64,000 bases of DNA, taken from the NCBI RefSeq assembly GCF_001194135.2, contig NC_068995.1, positions 43,040,440 through 43,104,439 on the forward strand, in the 5' to 3' direction. The stretch is from Octopus bimaculoides (lineage: Eukaryota). Shown in pieces: positions 49,720 through 62,498 of the stretch. The translations under genes were made by a program, and so were the position numbers. Under the pieces are notes generated by a model, which worked only from the letters and a program-made list of their open reading frames with translations, was not told the DNA's origin and did not search any database. The first letter of the stretch is position 1, and the number at the start of each line of letters is the position of its first letter.

Positions 49720-50116
49720 GTGGAGGCGCAATGGCCCAGTGGTTAGGGCAGCGGCCTCGCGGTCATAGGATTGCGGTTTCGATTCCCAGACCGGGCGTTG
49801 TGAGAGTTTATTGAGCGAAAACACTTAAAGCTCCACGAGGCTCCGGCAGGGGATGGTGGCGAACCCTGCTGTACTCTTTCACCACAACTTTCTCTCACTC
49901 TTACTTCCTGTTTCTGTTGTGCCTGTAATTCAAAGGGCCAGCCTTGTCACACTCTGTGTCACGCTGAATCTCCCCGAGAACTACGTTAAGGGTACACGTG
50001 TCTGTGGAGTGCTCAGCCACTTGCACGTTAATTTCACGAGCAGGCTGTTCCGTTGATCGGATCAACTGGAACCCTCGACGTCGTAAGCGACGGAGTGCCA
50101 ACAACAACAACAACAA
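49720..50116 (+). mobile_element. Well-preserved tRNA-derived SINE (family C) with (CAA)n tail and TSD
   Basis: A-box TGGCCCAGTGG, B-box GGTTTCGATTCCC, GC-rich body and (AAC)n tail. Flanks GGTTTGTGTTACTGGGGTGGTTGGT (49687) and GGTTTGTGTAACTAGGCGGTGGTTGGT (50117) form a degenerate direct repeat. Confidence 0.93.
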
Positions 50117-50145
50117 GGTTTGTGTAACTAGGCGGTGGTTGGTCT

Positions 50146-50184
<39 letters not shown>

Positions 50185-50259
50185 TAATAATATGCACGCA
50201 TATTGCTTAAAATACTGTCTGAGTTCCTTGTTGTGACTTGACAAGCAGTGACAAGCCCC

Positions 50260-50700
50260 CGATAGATACAATATCTTCAATCAACAACCTCACGTTATTG
50301 TGTACTATGCGACATCAATAATAATACTATTATTACAAAAACTGTTTCTGGTATTGTAGGTACCCTAGGTATGATTTAAAAAAAGGATGTCAAACATCTA
50401 AATAAGATCCCTGGAGAGCCATGTCTAAGAGAAACCCAAAAGATTGTGCTGACAAGTAGTTCCCACATCCTTAGAAAAATATCCTATCCATTTACATGTC
50501 TGTGCTGTATTACATATTGATATTTCGCTACTACTCTTGCCCCTGTACTCTTGCTCAACTACAGGTAACCATTAGGGCACATTTCTAACACTATGTGCTG
50601 TTCCTTGATGGGTAGAATGTTACAGTACTCACATGTGTGGCGTTATGTCCAGCTATTCAAATACATATGATAAGTTAAATTACTTTAATGCTAAAATAAT
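50260..50700 (+). mobile_element. R4/Dong-like LINE 3' end (different subfamily)
   Basis: SNQPHVIVY (NQPDIIV-like) and IVGTLGMI*KKDVKHLNKIPGEPCLRETQKIVLTSSSHILRKILS, the typical REL-LINE C-terminus; just downstream of (AAT)n at 50150-50190. Confidence 0.75.
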
Positions 50701-53700
50701 AACTGATACAACTTTCTGATTTGCTACATGGACTCTCTACAGTCTAAATAATCTCTACATTTAAATCAACATATTTCGAGATCTTTTCTACTCCATTTTC
50801 TGCAATATCATTGTTATTGGTTGAATGAATTGCAATGTTTATTTTGTTAGGTTCCCTTTTTCATGTCATCTATAATGATGCCCCGTTTTGTTTCTTTGTT
50901 TGGGTGTCAAAAGCACATCGACCTTTTAGCTTATCTGATTCATTTAGTGCTTTTAGCGTATATATTTATAAGATTTCACTGGAGTGTTTTAGAAATTTCT
51001 TTTTACAGTATGACCGGTGTAAATTGAGAGAAAATTGATTATGACTTGTATTCTCTCTAAATCAACGTTATGCAGCCTGATACAAACATGCACAGCATTT
51101 TCCACTCACTGGCAACATAGACGTCACTTGCTTGCTTTTCTTTTAAATGAGTTAAATATTGAGAACTCGACCTTAAACATTGAAAAAACAAACTCTCATT
51201 TTCTTTACGCATATCTCTATTCCGTGTCTCTCGTATCGTAATTTTTCCAAATTAGTTATGTCTCTGTGAAAGTGTTTAATAAACGGCATTCCTTCAAGCG
51301 CTTGCATTAACTATTCTAGTGTGTTTAGGGTTAAATGGTTTTATCTTGTGTTCAAAGACTGCATCGTTTTGTATTGGTTGATCCTGAAGACTTATGATCT
51401 GCTGAATATCAATTGAAATCCCACGTTCCGTTTGAAGCCAAAATAAAGGTTTCCAAACAGAGGAAAATAGTTTACGTTACACAATAAGGACATTTGAAAT
51501 CCCGGAATGTATTATGCAGGCAAATGATAAGACAGATGAAAATTGAGCAAAAGGGGCAATCTATTTTTGAATTTGGCAGGAAATCAGATATTTCGCATTC
51601 AGGTTGAGTCATTTGGGGAAAGAATCTGAAAATTTTCGCAGCGACTGATTACGATTGTGAAACTGAGAAATTTATAATGTCAGGTTCATAATAGTATATA
51701 GAGAGGAGAAGGGCGTTTAGGTGAAAATATATGCAGTTCAAATTTTAAATATTTCGAAGTAGATGCAGCATTTTAATTTGCTTCTTAATTTAAGAAATTT
51801 TCCACTCCTTGAAATTTTATCTGTTTATGTAGTATTTTTAATTTTATTTTTCATGAATACCACTTGTGTGCTTTCTGTATTATAGGAAGATTTTCATTTA
51901 ACGATATGGTTCACATTTTCTCCAGTCTTTAAGATTTATTTCGGCGAAAAAATAAGCAATAAAACAAATTCCTATTTTTATAATGTTTCTAGAAATAAAA
52001 TAAAATTCAGTAAATTCCATAAATATTTTCAGATAATACCTATATAATGAATATACGCTGTGTGTGTGTGTGCGCGCGTGTGTGTGTGCGCGTGTGCGTG
52101 CGTGTGTGTGAGCGCGCGTGTCTATGTACGTGTGTTTCGCCTGTGGGAGCTGTTAATTTGAAACATTGACACTTTGGAAATACAAATAAGAAATAGAGAA
52201 AGAATTTAGAGAATAATGTGTAAGTATGAAAGAAAATGAGAAAAATAATAATGCCGAGAGTTGGAGAGTGTGAGAGAAAGAGCGAGAGACAGAGAAAAAG
52301 AGACAGCGAGATAACGAAAGAGAGAAGCGGTAAAAACGGAATATATGCGAACCGAAACATTTGAAAGAAATTAAGAGATGTAAAGAATAATTAAGAAAGA
52401 AAATTTACGAACATAAACACACACTAAAAATACTCTCATACACAAGCTTCGATGAACTCACATATATAAACATGCAAGCGCATACACACGCATACAAACA
52501 TACTAACAAGCGTCAGAAATGGAATCACGTTTTGATATTTCATTAATTAACTGGCGCTAACGTTTGAAGGACGACCTCAGTGATAAAAACAAAACATTTG
52601 ATGGATAAAGACAGGAAATAATATCGAAAGAAAAATGGCTAAAAATGTATTTACTGAAAATGGAAACCAAATAAAAACTAGTTATTTCCCTAGAAAACGT
52701 TAGTTTTATTAAAATTTTGAAACTTTTGATTTGCCATTTCAAATATTTAAAAACGAATTGTAGAAAGGTTATTCATTGAACTAATAAGTCGTGGTGCTAA
52801 AAGTTCAGGACACTCTACTTCAACAAGATACTTATCTATTAATATATTCCGCAAATTACCTACTCACGGGCGTTATATATGGAAGTATGAATTATTTAAA
52901 ATGGTACCTGCTTGTTTACAAATACAAATGTGTAGATTACTCTTATATAACCAACTATAAATACATCCAGAAAGGTAGCCGGAAGACTGCTTCATTACAG
53001 AAGGATATCGAAATTTCCTTTACTGAGGTTTTCTTATGCTTCGCTGAAGAGATGTAATACGGCAGAAGTACACTTCGAGTTTTCAACGCACTTATGAAAG
53101 ACCAATTTCATTCTCTTATTTATTTTCACTATACAATTAATTTAGACCCGCAATTTTGTCATTTACCCTTCTTGACTTGATTTCATTTTAAAGCTAATTG
53201 TATATTCTCCTCAATGCCGTCGTAATTTTAATTAAATGCCAGTTGACAAATATATTGTATTAACATTGATATAACTATTTGGTTTTGAGATGGAAGGCGT
53301 CCCTATCAATTATTGTTATACATTGTCACATCGATTAGTGTTTCTTCACTCTAAATCTATATATCACTCAGTAATAGGAACCTCTTGCAAATACAGCAAA
53401 CTATTATGTTCTTGTCATGAACAAAACATTTCCCAAGTTTTGCCATACTTACAAAATAGCAAACTTATTGCCTATACGTGTCAACATTGAAATTCAGTTA
53501 ATTCATTTTCACAATAACCATCCGTATGTTACATGAACAAAATTAATTTTTCAGTTAACGACTTTTTTTTCATCATTCTGGCAATAATTTACATTTATTA
53601 AATGTTGGAATCCAGAATAGTTTGATAGCAACAACGAAATTACATTGTAAGGTCAAATCAAAAGCAGGAATAAAGCAAAAGAAACAGAAAGAGAGAAAAG

Positions 53701-54207
53701 AGAAAAACGGTGAGAGAGATAATAAAGAAACGAAGAGAGTGTACTGGCTAGTGGTCAGTTGCAAACACATTCCCAACTTTTAAGTCACTTCATCAAAAAA
53801 AAAACAAAAAAAAACTCTATCCAAGCACCGTGTACAAACTCTATACTTGGAATGACCAATTGTAAATATTATTTGAACTTTCATACAAGTCACTGGAAAC
53901 TTATATTCTGCTTAAATAATGGAACTGCAGATGCAGTATCACTGCATATCTCACATCTGTTATCATTCCTCCACTTCCCTCTCTAGTTCATATATTCTCT
54001 AGAATAATTATTGCTAGACCTTTTTCTCGCATCGTCTTCGATGAAAAGATATATAAAATATCCCGGAAACAGGTGTAAGAACTTCTCTTTATAAATGTTC
54101 TGAAATCTTTTACGGCTTTGGATTTTTTATGTCATTCTGATAATTTTATATATATATATATATATATATGAATGGATATAAATATGTATATACACGTGAC
54201 ACCCACA

Positions 54208-55043
54208 NNNNNNNNNNNNNNNNNNNNNNNNNNNNNNNNNNNNNNNNNNNNNNNNNNNNNNNNNNNNNNNNNNNNNNNNNNNNNNNNNNNNNNNNNNNNN
54301 NNNNNNNNNNNNNNNNNNNNNNNNNNNNNNNNNNNNNNNNNNNNNNNNNNNNNNNNNNNNNNNNNNNNNNNNNNNNNNNNNNNNNNNNNNNNNNNNNNNN
54401 NNNNNNNNNNNNNNNNNNNNNNNNNNNNNNNNNNNNNNNNNNNNNNNNNNNNNNNNNNNNNNNNNNNNNNNNNNNNNNNNNNNNNNNNNNNNNNNNNNNN
54501 NNNNNNNNNNNNNNNNNNNNNNNNNNNNNNNNNNNNNNNNNNNNNNNNNNNNNNNNNNNNNNNNNNNNNNNNNNNNNNNNNNNNNNNNNNNNNNNNNNNN
54601 NNNNNNNNNNNNNNNNNNNNNNNNNNNNNNNNNNNNNNNNNNNNNNNNNNNNNNNNNNNNNNNNNNNNNNNNNNNNNNNNNNNNNNNNNNNNNNNNNNNN
54701 NNNNNNNNNNNNNNNNNNNNNNNNNNNNNNNNNNNNNNNNNNNNNNNNNNNNNNNNNNNNNNNNNNNNNNNNNNNNNNNNNNNNNNNNNNNNNNNNNNNN
54801 NNNNNNNNNNNNNNNNNNNNNNNNNNNNNNNNNNNNNNNNNNNNNNNNNNNNNNNNNNNNNNNNNNNNNNNNNNNNNNNNNNNNNNNNNNNNNNNNNNNN
54901 NNNNNNNNNNNNNNNNNNNNNNNNNNNNNNNNNNNNNNNNNNNNNNNNNNNNNNNNNNNNNNNNNNNNNNNNNNNNNNNNNNNNNNNNNNNNNNNNNNNN
55001 NNNNNNNNNNNNNNNNNNNNNNNNNNNNNNNNNNNNNNNNNNN
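54208..55043. other. Assembly gap (N-run)
   Basis: Run of n; the 300-370 aa ORFs here are artefacts. Confidence 1.
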
Positions 55044-55078
<35 letters not shown>

Positions 55079-55691
55079 AATATATATATATATGTTTGTA
55101 TATGCATATGTATGTATCTATATACATGTATACATATATATTTATATCTGTTTTTTTTGTGTATACATACACACATAAGCATGTATGTATGCATGTATGT
55201 ATGTATATATATATATATATGTCAGTTTTCTATCTGTGTCAGTCCTCCATTATGAAACTAACAAAACGAACGTTTTAAAGCCATATATATATTATTGTTT
55301 TCCATCTCGTTGGCAAGTTAAGTATAGTATTTATGCTGAAATATAAAGCAACAATGTTTTTAAATGCAATTTGCTGAGAATTCCATAATTTGTATCACAC
55401 TGTTTGAGAAAGGGAGTGAAAGGGAGAGGTAGAAACAGAGATGTTATATAACAACTGCCAAATGAGATTACGTAGACGTTTTGGAATGAGAGTCATATCT
55501 TAAGTGAAGAGTGTCAACAAAAGCGAACAAGGAGGAGCAATGGAGATAAGGGGAGAAATAATGATATATGGTTACAGAGAGTGCAAGAGGGTGATAGGAA
55601 GAGTTGAGGTGAAGTAGTGTGGTAGATATCTTGCACTAGGTTTATTTTATTTTCTCTGTTTGAGTACATCTGTTTATTTCTCTCTATTCTC

Positions 55692-55729
<38 letters not shown>

Positions 55730-56113
55730 ATAGCAGTGTAATACGTCCGAATACCAGTTAAGTGTTAAGTTAATCTGCATCCCAATGACTATTTTAATCT
55801 CTTTATGTATCCAATTGAAACGTGGAATTTTATATAAGTTATCAACGAAAGAAGGCGGGAAATCAGTTTTTGTCTGTCCAAATATTAACTTCGATGCTCA
55901 GAATATCAAATCCCGAACACGCAAAAATAAAAATGCAAAGTATAAATGCCCGAAAATGGAGCAAGACCTATGAATGTTATGCATCAATATTCATTTCAGT
56001 AAGAAAAACAAATCTGAATTTAAAGATTTTAGCCTACGTTTTATTTCAATACGCCGTTTATGCGTTAATTCACATAAGGCTCTAAAAGCTATAACTAAGT
56101 AATCTTGTGACAT

Positions 56114-56834
56114 GCGTAACGGTATCAGAAAGTTCTCAAACTAGTTCTGTAGCACGCCAACAGATGGCAACACAAAGTTGAGTGAGCAGTGAGAGCTGGC
56201 AGTGAACTCCATAAGGCAGTATGCCTAATGACATTGCTGTGCGGGCAATGAAAGGCACGGCAGAACCGCAGCAAAATCAAGAGCGTGCTCATCGTTTTTT
56301 CGACATCCTCCGTATTGTACATTTGGGATTCGACCACCAGAGCCAGACTGTCAATGGAGAATTCCACTGCGACGTTTCGAAGCGTTTCATGGCGGACATT
56401 CAGTGAAAGCGACCGGATCTTTGGAGTGCGAAGAATTGGATTCTTCACAACAACAATGCACACTGTCACCGAGCTCAACTCAAGCGTAAGCTTCTCGCCA
56501 AAAACAACAGGGTATCGCTACGCTCTCTTCCAGCTTATTCGCCAGGTTTAGCACTTGAGGACTTCTATCTCTTCCCCCAATATGAAAATGTAGCTGAGAG
56601 TTCACCGTTTTAACACCGTTGTTGAGATCTAGACCGAATCACAGAAGATCCTCGACTCGCTTACAGAAAATAACCTACAGGCCAGATTCCATAAGCGGTA
56701 GGAACTCTTGGACATGTGTATCGCTGCACAAGGTGACTATTTCGAAGTTCGAAAGAGAAGATGCTAAAACTTAGGTAAATAAGTTACTTTTCAATAAAAC
56801 ATAAATAGTCCGGGATCATTTTGATACCAACTCG
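56114..56834 (+). mobile_element. mariner (DD34D-type) transposon relic lacking the N-terminal half
   Basis: KARQNRSKIKSVLIVF(F)DILRIVH...QTVNGEFHCDVSKRF...KRPDLWSAKNWILHNNNAHCH...YSPGLALEDFYLFP (HDNA and YSPDLAPxD motifs, mutated). Degenerate TIRs GGTATCAGAAAGTTCTCAAACTAG vs reverse complement of ATAGTCCGGGATCATTTTGATACC (17/24); right end ...CTCG|TA. Confidence 0.9.
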
Positions 56835-57770
56835 TAATTTATTGTAAGTTTCATTTTGAAAGACTACCGTGTAGATTTGACATCAACCCCGCGACCATCG
56901 TTAACACACAACGTCTACTAAAAAAACATTTGAATGAGAAATCTTTATTTTTATTCCCTCTTATTCATAAGGATTTCAATTTTAGAGGGGATAGCTGACA
57001 TTTCCGACAGGTGCTTCATCTTCAATATTTAAAATCCCGAGAAATAAGACATGCACCATATTTGCATTTTCTCTTGTGCATTCATTTTGTTTTTAGTATA
57101 TGATGCCAAATTTGTGTTTATTTTTCATAAGGTACGTTTAAGTTAACTTATAGCTGCAAAGTAAATATGACTGTCGTTTAATTAAAATTTTTGAATGCAG
57201 ATCAGAAGGGGGAAAGAGTATTTCGATAAAAATTCTATGACACTACAGGAAGAAGTAAAATAAAATATTTCTCTTATCTCTTGAAACAACAGATATTTAT
57301 ATTTACAGCCTTAACATTTTAACTAAATATTGTCCCCTATTTTACTGAAAATATATATATATAGAGTGACAAATCTCCATTTCTCCCAACTTCTAACATA
57401 GTTATTGTTGCCTGTGCATAAAGTACAGAAGCCAAAGAACACTACAAGAAACAATTTTTTTCCCTATTTCCCTGGTGATTTTCTCTGTCGATTATCCCAA
57501 GAACCGGAGTGTGTTGTATATTGCACCCACTCGCACATCAATTATGCCAGAAGCGATAGTTATTACTCCTCGAGCATTATCTGAAAACAAGGTTGTCCAT
57601 AAACCACTATTATCCATGCCTAAAAACACCCACACATACATACACACACACACACCGATATGGAAATAATATATTCTCGAACGCAAAATAATGCTGAACA
57701 GCATGTATAGGATAGATAATCCTTATAATGCAGCTGGCAGCCGTGAGACACGAACTCACACATACCGTAA

Positions 57771-57773
<3 letters not shown>

Positions 57774-57851
<78 letters not shown>
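57774..57851. repeat. (AT)n microsatellite
   Basis: Pure run. Confidence 0.97.
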
Positions 57852-57854
<3 letters not shown>

Positions 57855-58504
57855 AATACAAAAGCCACACCTATTTACCTCCCCTTCCTTGTCAAACAGT
57901 TTTTCCCTTCCCCCCACAATATTCGTTATATATATAAAAACGATAAGAAATCTAACTTTAAATCATTTTTTGATAAATCCGACAAGGAAGAAAGCGCTAA
58001 AACGTAAATAAAATCTAAATTATAAAAAAATACTATATAATCCTCAAACATTCTGACTAGTTTATTATTCTAAATATACAATATCTGTACATCACTTCAA
58101 AAAGTCTCTCGATACATATAAATATGCTTTTGTATGAATCTGTTTGAATGCGTGTGTATGTACAAAAATTGAAAACAGGTGACAGAAAACGTACATCCAA
58201 ATAAAGACAAAGTGTATTAACTGAGTGAAGCTGCAGGTATATTTCAGTGCGTTTCCAAAATATAAGCATATCAGTTTGAAATGCCTCTGAAGTATAGCTG
58301 AAATTCATTCTAGAAGTTTTTACTTTGGAATCTTGGATCAACCATGATTAATACTAAAATTGGTAGTCGCGAATACTTTTTGGGTAAAATCTGAACTTCA
58401 TCTTGTACAATGCTCTTCTCCTGAGGGACCTGAAAAGGATGGTTACGTCGTCTGCGGTGAATAATAACAATTATTTCTAATTCTCTCATTTAATTGTTTT
58501 ATAA

Positions 58505-59240
58505 TATCTGAAAAGATGAATGTCATTGTGAACTTCTGTAGAAATTGAACTGGCACGCTAAATACCCTAAAGAAATGCCACTAAGCATTTTATCTGTCTC
58601 GATAACGATTCTGCCTGCTTACCACCCTTAAATGTAATCATTTCATATTTTAGGACAAGGTGAGCAAAGGAATAGAAGAGGTTTAGTCGATTACATCAAC
58701 TCTCAATAATTGACTGGCACCTAATGCTATCGACAAAATATGTTGACATGCAAATTTGACCTCGGTGGAACATGAATTCAAAGTTAAAATAGACAGCGCA
58801 AGTATTGCACTGAATTTTGCCCTACATTTTAACGATAATTCGAGGTGAACGTCTTCAACAATCTCAAGATAGGCGCATGATTAGCGACTTTCGATAGAGG
58901 TTTTTGTCGATTACATCCACTTCACTACTTGACTGTCTCTTATTTCGTCGACTTTGAAACTGTGGAAAGTAAATTTGACCGGCGTGATTTGATAACAGCA
59001 CATGAATAGCTGGAAGAAATACCTCTAGTGATTCTAGAGATCTCTTAATTATTTTAATCTAATTTAGGCACGACACCAGCAATTTGAAACGGTGGCTGTT
59101 TACTGATACCGTCTACCACCAGTAGTTGTTACCACCAGTACTTCTCTATTACTGTATTTTAACAACCCTGAAAGGAAGGATAAAAATATAATGCTATACT
59201 TGAATTCAGATTCGATAGAACTGGAAGAATTATGGCATTG
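58505..59240 (-). mobile_element. Cluster of 3-4 old SINE family A copies
   Basis: Recurrent GTCGATTACATC...ACTTGACTG...TATCGAC...CCTGAAAGGA...GAATT(T)GAA(C/T)TCA blocks in reverse orientation; heavily diverged. Confidence 0.6.
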
Positions 59241-59532
59241 CCACTTATCGGATGATCAAACGATTCTACCAACTCAGCACTATTCATAACCAGTTTATAA
59301 CAGTAATAACATGTAGCATTTCATTCACACTAGAAAGGATATATATTTTAGCATTGTACAGTTTGCTGGTAGTGGTGGTGGTGATGGTGGTGGTGGTGCT
59401 ACTACTACTAATACAGTGTCTCGTTTTCTATATTTCTAATGAAAATCATCTATATAGGTTTTGCTTGTTTGGTAACACGTCTTCCTCTGTATCACCTTCG
59501 TAGTCTCGCTGCTCAGATATTATAATATATAC

Positions 59533-59595
59533 GCTATCAAACATTTTAATATATCATTTCGAGAACTGAAATGATATATTAAAATGTTTGATAGC
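59533..59595. other. Perfect 28-bp inverted repeat with 7-nt loop
   Basis: GCTATCAAACATTTTAATATATCATTTC-GAGAACT-GAAATGATATATTAAAATGTTTGATAGC; the arms are exact reverse complements. Confidence 0.97.
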
Positions 59596-62137
59596 ATATG
59601 CACTGCAGGACACCTTATGAGAAGCTAATCTATAAACCGTGCGCATTCACTAGATTAGTTTGGGCAATTAAATTTCTGACGCTGACTGGTGGCGTTTATC
59701 GCTCGTTAATTTCAACAATGAATCGGTTATCGTGAGTTCAAGCGAGGTTTCATTGTGTTTATGAGCAAGACACATAATGCTCCCTTCTCAAATTTCGATA
59801 ATTAGTCCCGTATACCCCAAGAAGTGCAACCACTTCACTTTCTCTTTATAGAGTTAGTTCAAATTAATGTTCATTATTAATTTACATATGCTGTTTAATT
59901 ACCCAACGTGTTTGACAGTTTAAAATAAGTTTCCTTCGCATGAACTTAAAGCTAGATAAACTGTCTTTAACTGCAGCAATATTAATTCCCATAGTTTATT
60001 TAACGATCGATTTATTAGGTTAACTGAATAATGTATGTTACTGGTGTATATGAATTTCTGTGTAAGGATCTTAACAATCTTACTTTTATACTAAGTTAGT
60101 TGGAGTTGATATATTTTAAAAAAACTAAACTTGTATAGTAAAGGAAAAGTGAACTATACACTTATTTTACATTCTACGTAACTGCTTTGTTGCGGCCTTC
60201 CCTCAAATGGATAGCAGACAGAACGTTTCGATTTGTTGTACTAAGGAACACTTAAAACAGCTAACAACAGATAAACAAATAGTAAGTTGTTTGAGTAAAT
60301 AACATTTTCAGCAAGTTGTTACTCTTAGTAAGGCTATTTACGATACTGATGGTATACATTTGTTTGTGTATCACAGATCACAGATCAGACGAGGTACCTA
60401 AAACCATTGTTTGTTTTCATATTAAGGTTACGATAAAGATGAAATACAAAAAAAAAAAGAGATGCATTGCTCCACGCAGAAACTGTATGAGTTATTTTGA
60501 GATACTACAAGCTCTTCTATTGACCTTTCAATCTATTTCCATGTTCATTTTTTTGGAATGTATCTTGGTTTTTCAAGGACAAGAGCGTTTCGTTAATTAT
60601 ATTGTACGTTTCGCATAAATGAGGAAGGGATGGTTGAATCAGCCCTCACCTTACGAAGACTGACTTAATTTACAATAACTAAAGTTTCAGCTATTGCTTT
60701 TGCAACCGGGCTATAGATATTTGGGTTCGAAAACAATCTTCTGCAAGGAATAGTGGTTTATTCTTGCTGAGAAACCGTAGCAGTTTAATTCATTTTAGTG
60801 TTACATTTTAAATAAAATCTAAATAGACGAAAATAAATATGTAGCATAAAAGAGAAAGTTTAAACAGGAATATATTGTGCGTTTTAAATATATTAAAAAC
60901 TGTTCAGTAACAACATCCACCCCCTCAAGTAATAACAGATAGAACGGTTAATATTTTTATAAAGTAACATTAAAGAGTTAACAAGAATAAAGAAAGAAAT
61001 ATTAGTTGGAGCTAAGACATTGAGGAATTTACTACCATTCGTTTAAGAAAAAATGAAGAATTATTTTTGTTGACAGTTCTACAATGTGATAAAATGCTTT
61101 GTCATACTCCAAAGTATACAAACCAAGATAGAGCTTATATTTAATGACTCCACCTGAAAGAAATAACAATTAAATCTCACTTATATAAAACCATTAAAAA
61201 AAACACATTCTATAATTTATACACTTCCCTTAAAAAATGCAGGATGCTGGAAAGTGTTTAATCGCAGGACTATGTGATCAGAACTAAAGAACCATCACTA
61301 AAATTCGCTTCCTTTCACTACAATCTTGTGTTTAATTAGTTGAATATAAAATTGCGTCAGTTCAGTGTCATATAAAATATGTTGCAAAGGAAAAAATGAA
61401 ATTCAGAATTCTATATTTCTTGGCGAAGAAAAAAAATTATAGTATTAAAACTAATGATGAATAAGCAATATCAGTATTTTTATATATAAAATAATAGTTA
61501 TTGCTTTGAAAAATTAATAAAGCTAAAATATAATACAGCGTTAATACTGTATTTTGTTGGTTTTTCTTGTAAAACTAATCTCTTTTCAATCACTGTGAAG
61601 ATGTGAAGGCAAGGACTCGTGTTTTATATCGGATAGATTATCCATATTTTACTTTAAATCACGTTTGCGATAAAATATTCATTTTCATCATTTCCAGATA
61701 CCATTGAATATAGGAGGAATTACTGAATTTAGTTAATTTTAATAGAATTGAGTTGACATAAACACAATGAGAAATTACATGACCTGCTCCTCTTTCCACA
61801 AAAGAAATGCAAGCATTAATCAAGTATTGAACCATTGTGCTACACAATGTCCTCTTACATAGATTCTCCGCTGAAATCTCTCAAGGTTTCAAACAACCCG
61901 TAAACTCATATCCAATTGATCTTGTATTTTTGGTAGTTGTTTATTTAGTAGTAGTACAGAGTACAAAAGCAGAAATTTTACCTGTGTGTCAATATAGATC
62001 CTAGTAATTCACTGATATATTCTCAAACTTTGTGAAAAGGATAGTGATTTGTATTGGGAATTAAACTTGGGGAAGAATTTTGATTAAGCACAACCATAAA
62101 ACCCCACATAACATTTTTTATTTGGAATTTTCAGGAA

Positions 62138-62410
62138 ATATAGGGTGGGGCAGAGAGGGCGGACGTTTTCGAAAAATTCACAAAATCATAAATTTTACAT
62201 ATAATTATATATTTTATTGACATTAATGCGTTCGTATTGATTTGCATTTAACAGAATCAAGTGTGGAAGGTAATATTCATCATTTGGTATCCGTATTCAT
62301 TGATGCATTTCTGGAGATGCTTTTGGAAGCTGGCCTCCACTCTCTCCAACATTGAGCTGTCAATTTAGGCGACTTCCACACCGATAGCTTCCTTCAAATT
62401 GTGTCTTCTT
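62138..62410 (-). mobile_element. Tc1/mariner 3' end fragment
   Basis: Minus strand RHNLKEAIGVEVA*IDSSMLERVEASFQKHLQKCINEYGYQMMNITFHT* (LxELKxxI...MLxRV..F..RL..CI...G motif), ending in a TA(T/C)AGGGTG-type TIR at about 62138. Confidence 0.75.
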
Positions 62411-62429
62411 CAAGAACAAGACGTACAGC

Positions 62430-62498
62430 CTGGGCCGCGATTCAAACTCATTACCTCATGGTTGTGAGCCCGACACTCTAACCGCTGCGCTATGTGCT
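62430..62498 (-). mobile_element. Isolated tRNA-like SINE head
   Basis: Reverse complement GCACATAGCGCAGCGGTTAGAGTGTCGGGCTCACAACCATGAGGTAATGAGTTTGAATCGCGGCCC has A- and B-box-like motifs but poor stems. Confidence 0.55.

Noticed and set aside
49724-49797. Functional tRNA gene
   Set aside because: The acceptor and anticodon stems do not close properly, and the head runs into a 320-bp body with tail and TSD; it is a SINE.
53040-53085. Hammerhead-like CTGAAGAG motif (also CTGAAGATGG at about 45132)
   Set aside because: No matching GAAA half-core or clean stem II.
57475-57704. Helicase motif Ia-like VLYIAPTR (+) and cadherin-like FSDNARGVITIA (-)
   Set aside because: Isolated short look-alikes on opposite strands of the same bases, with no flanking motifs and early stops; most likely chance.
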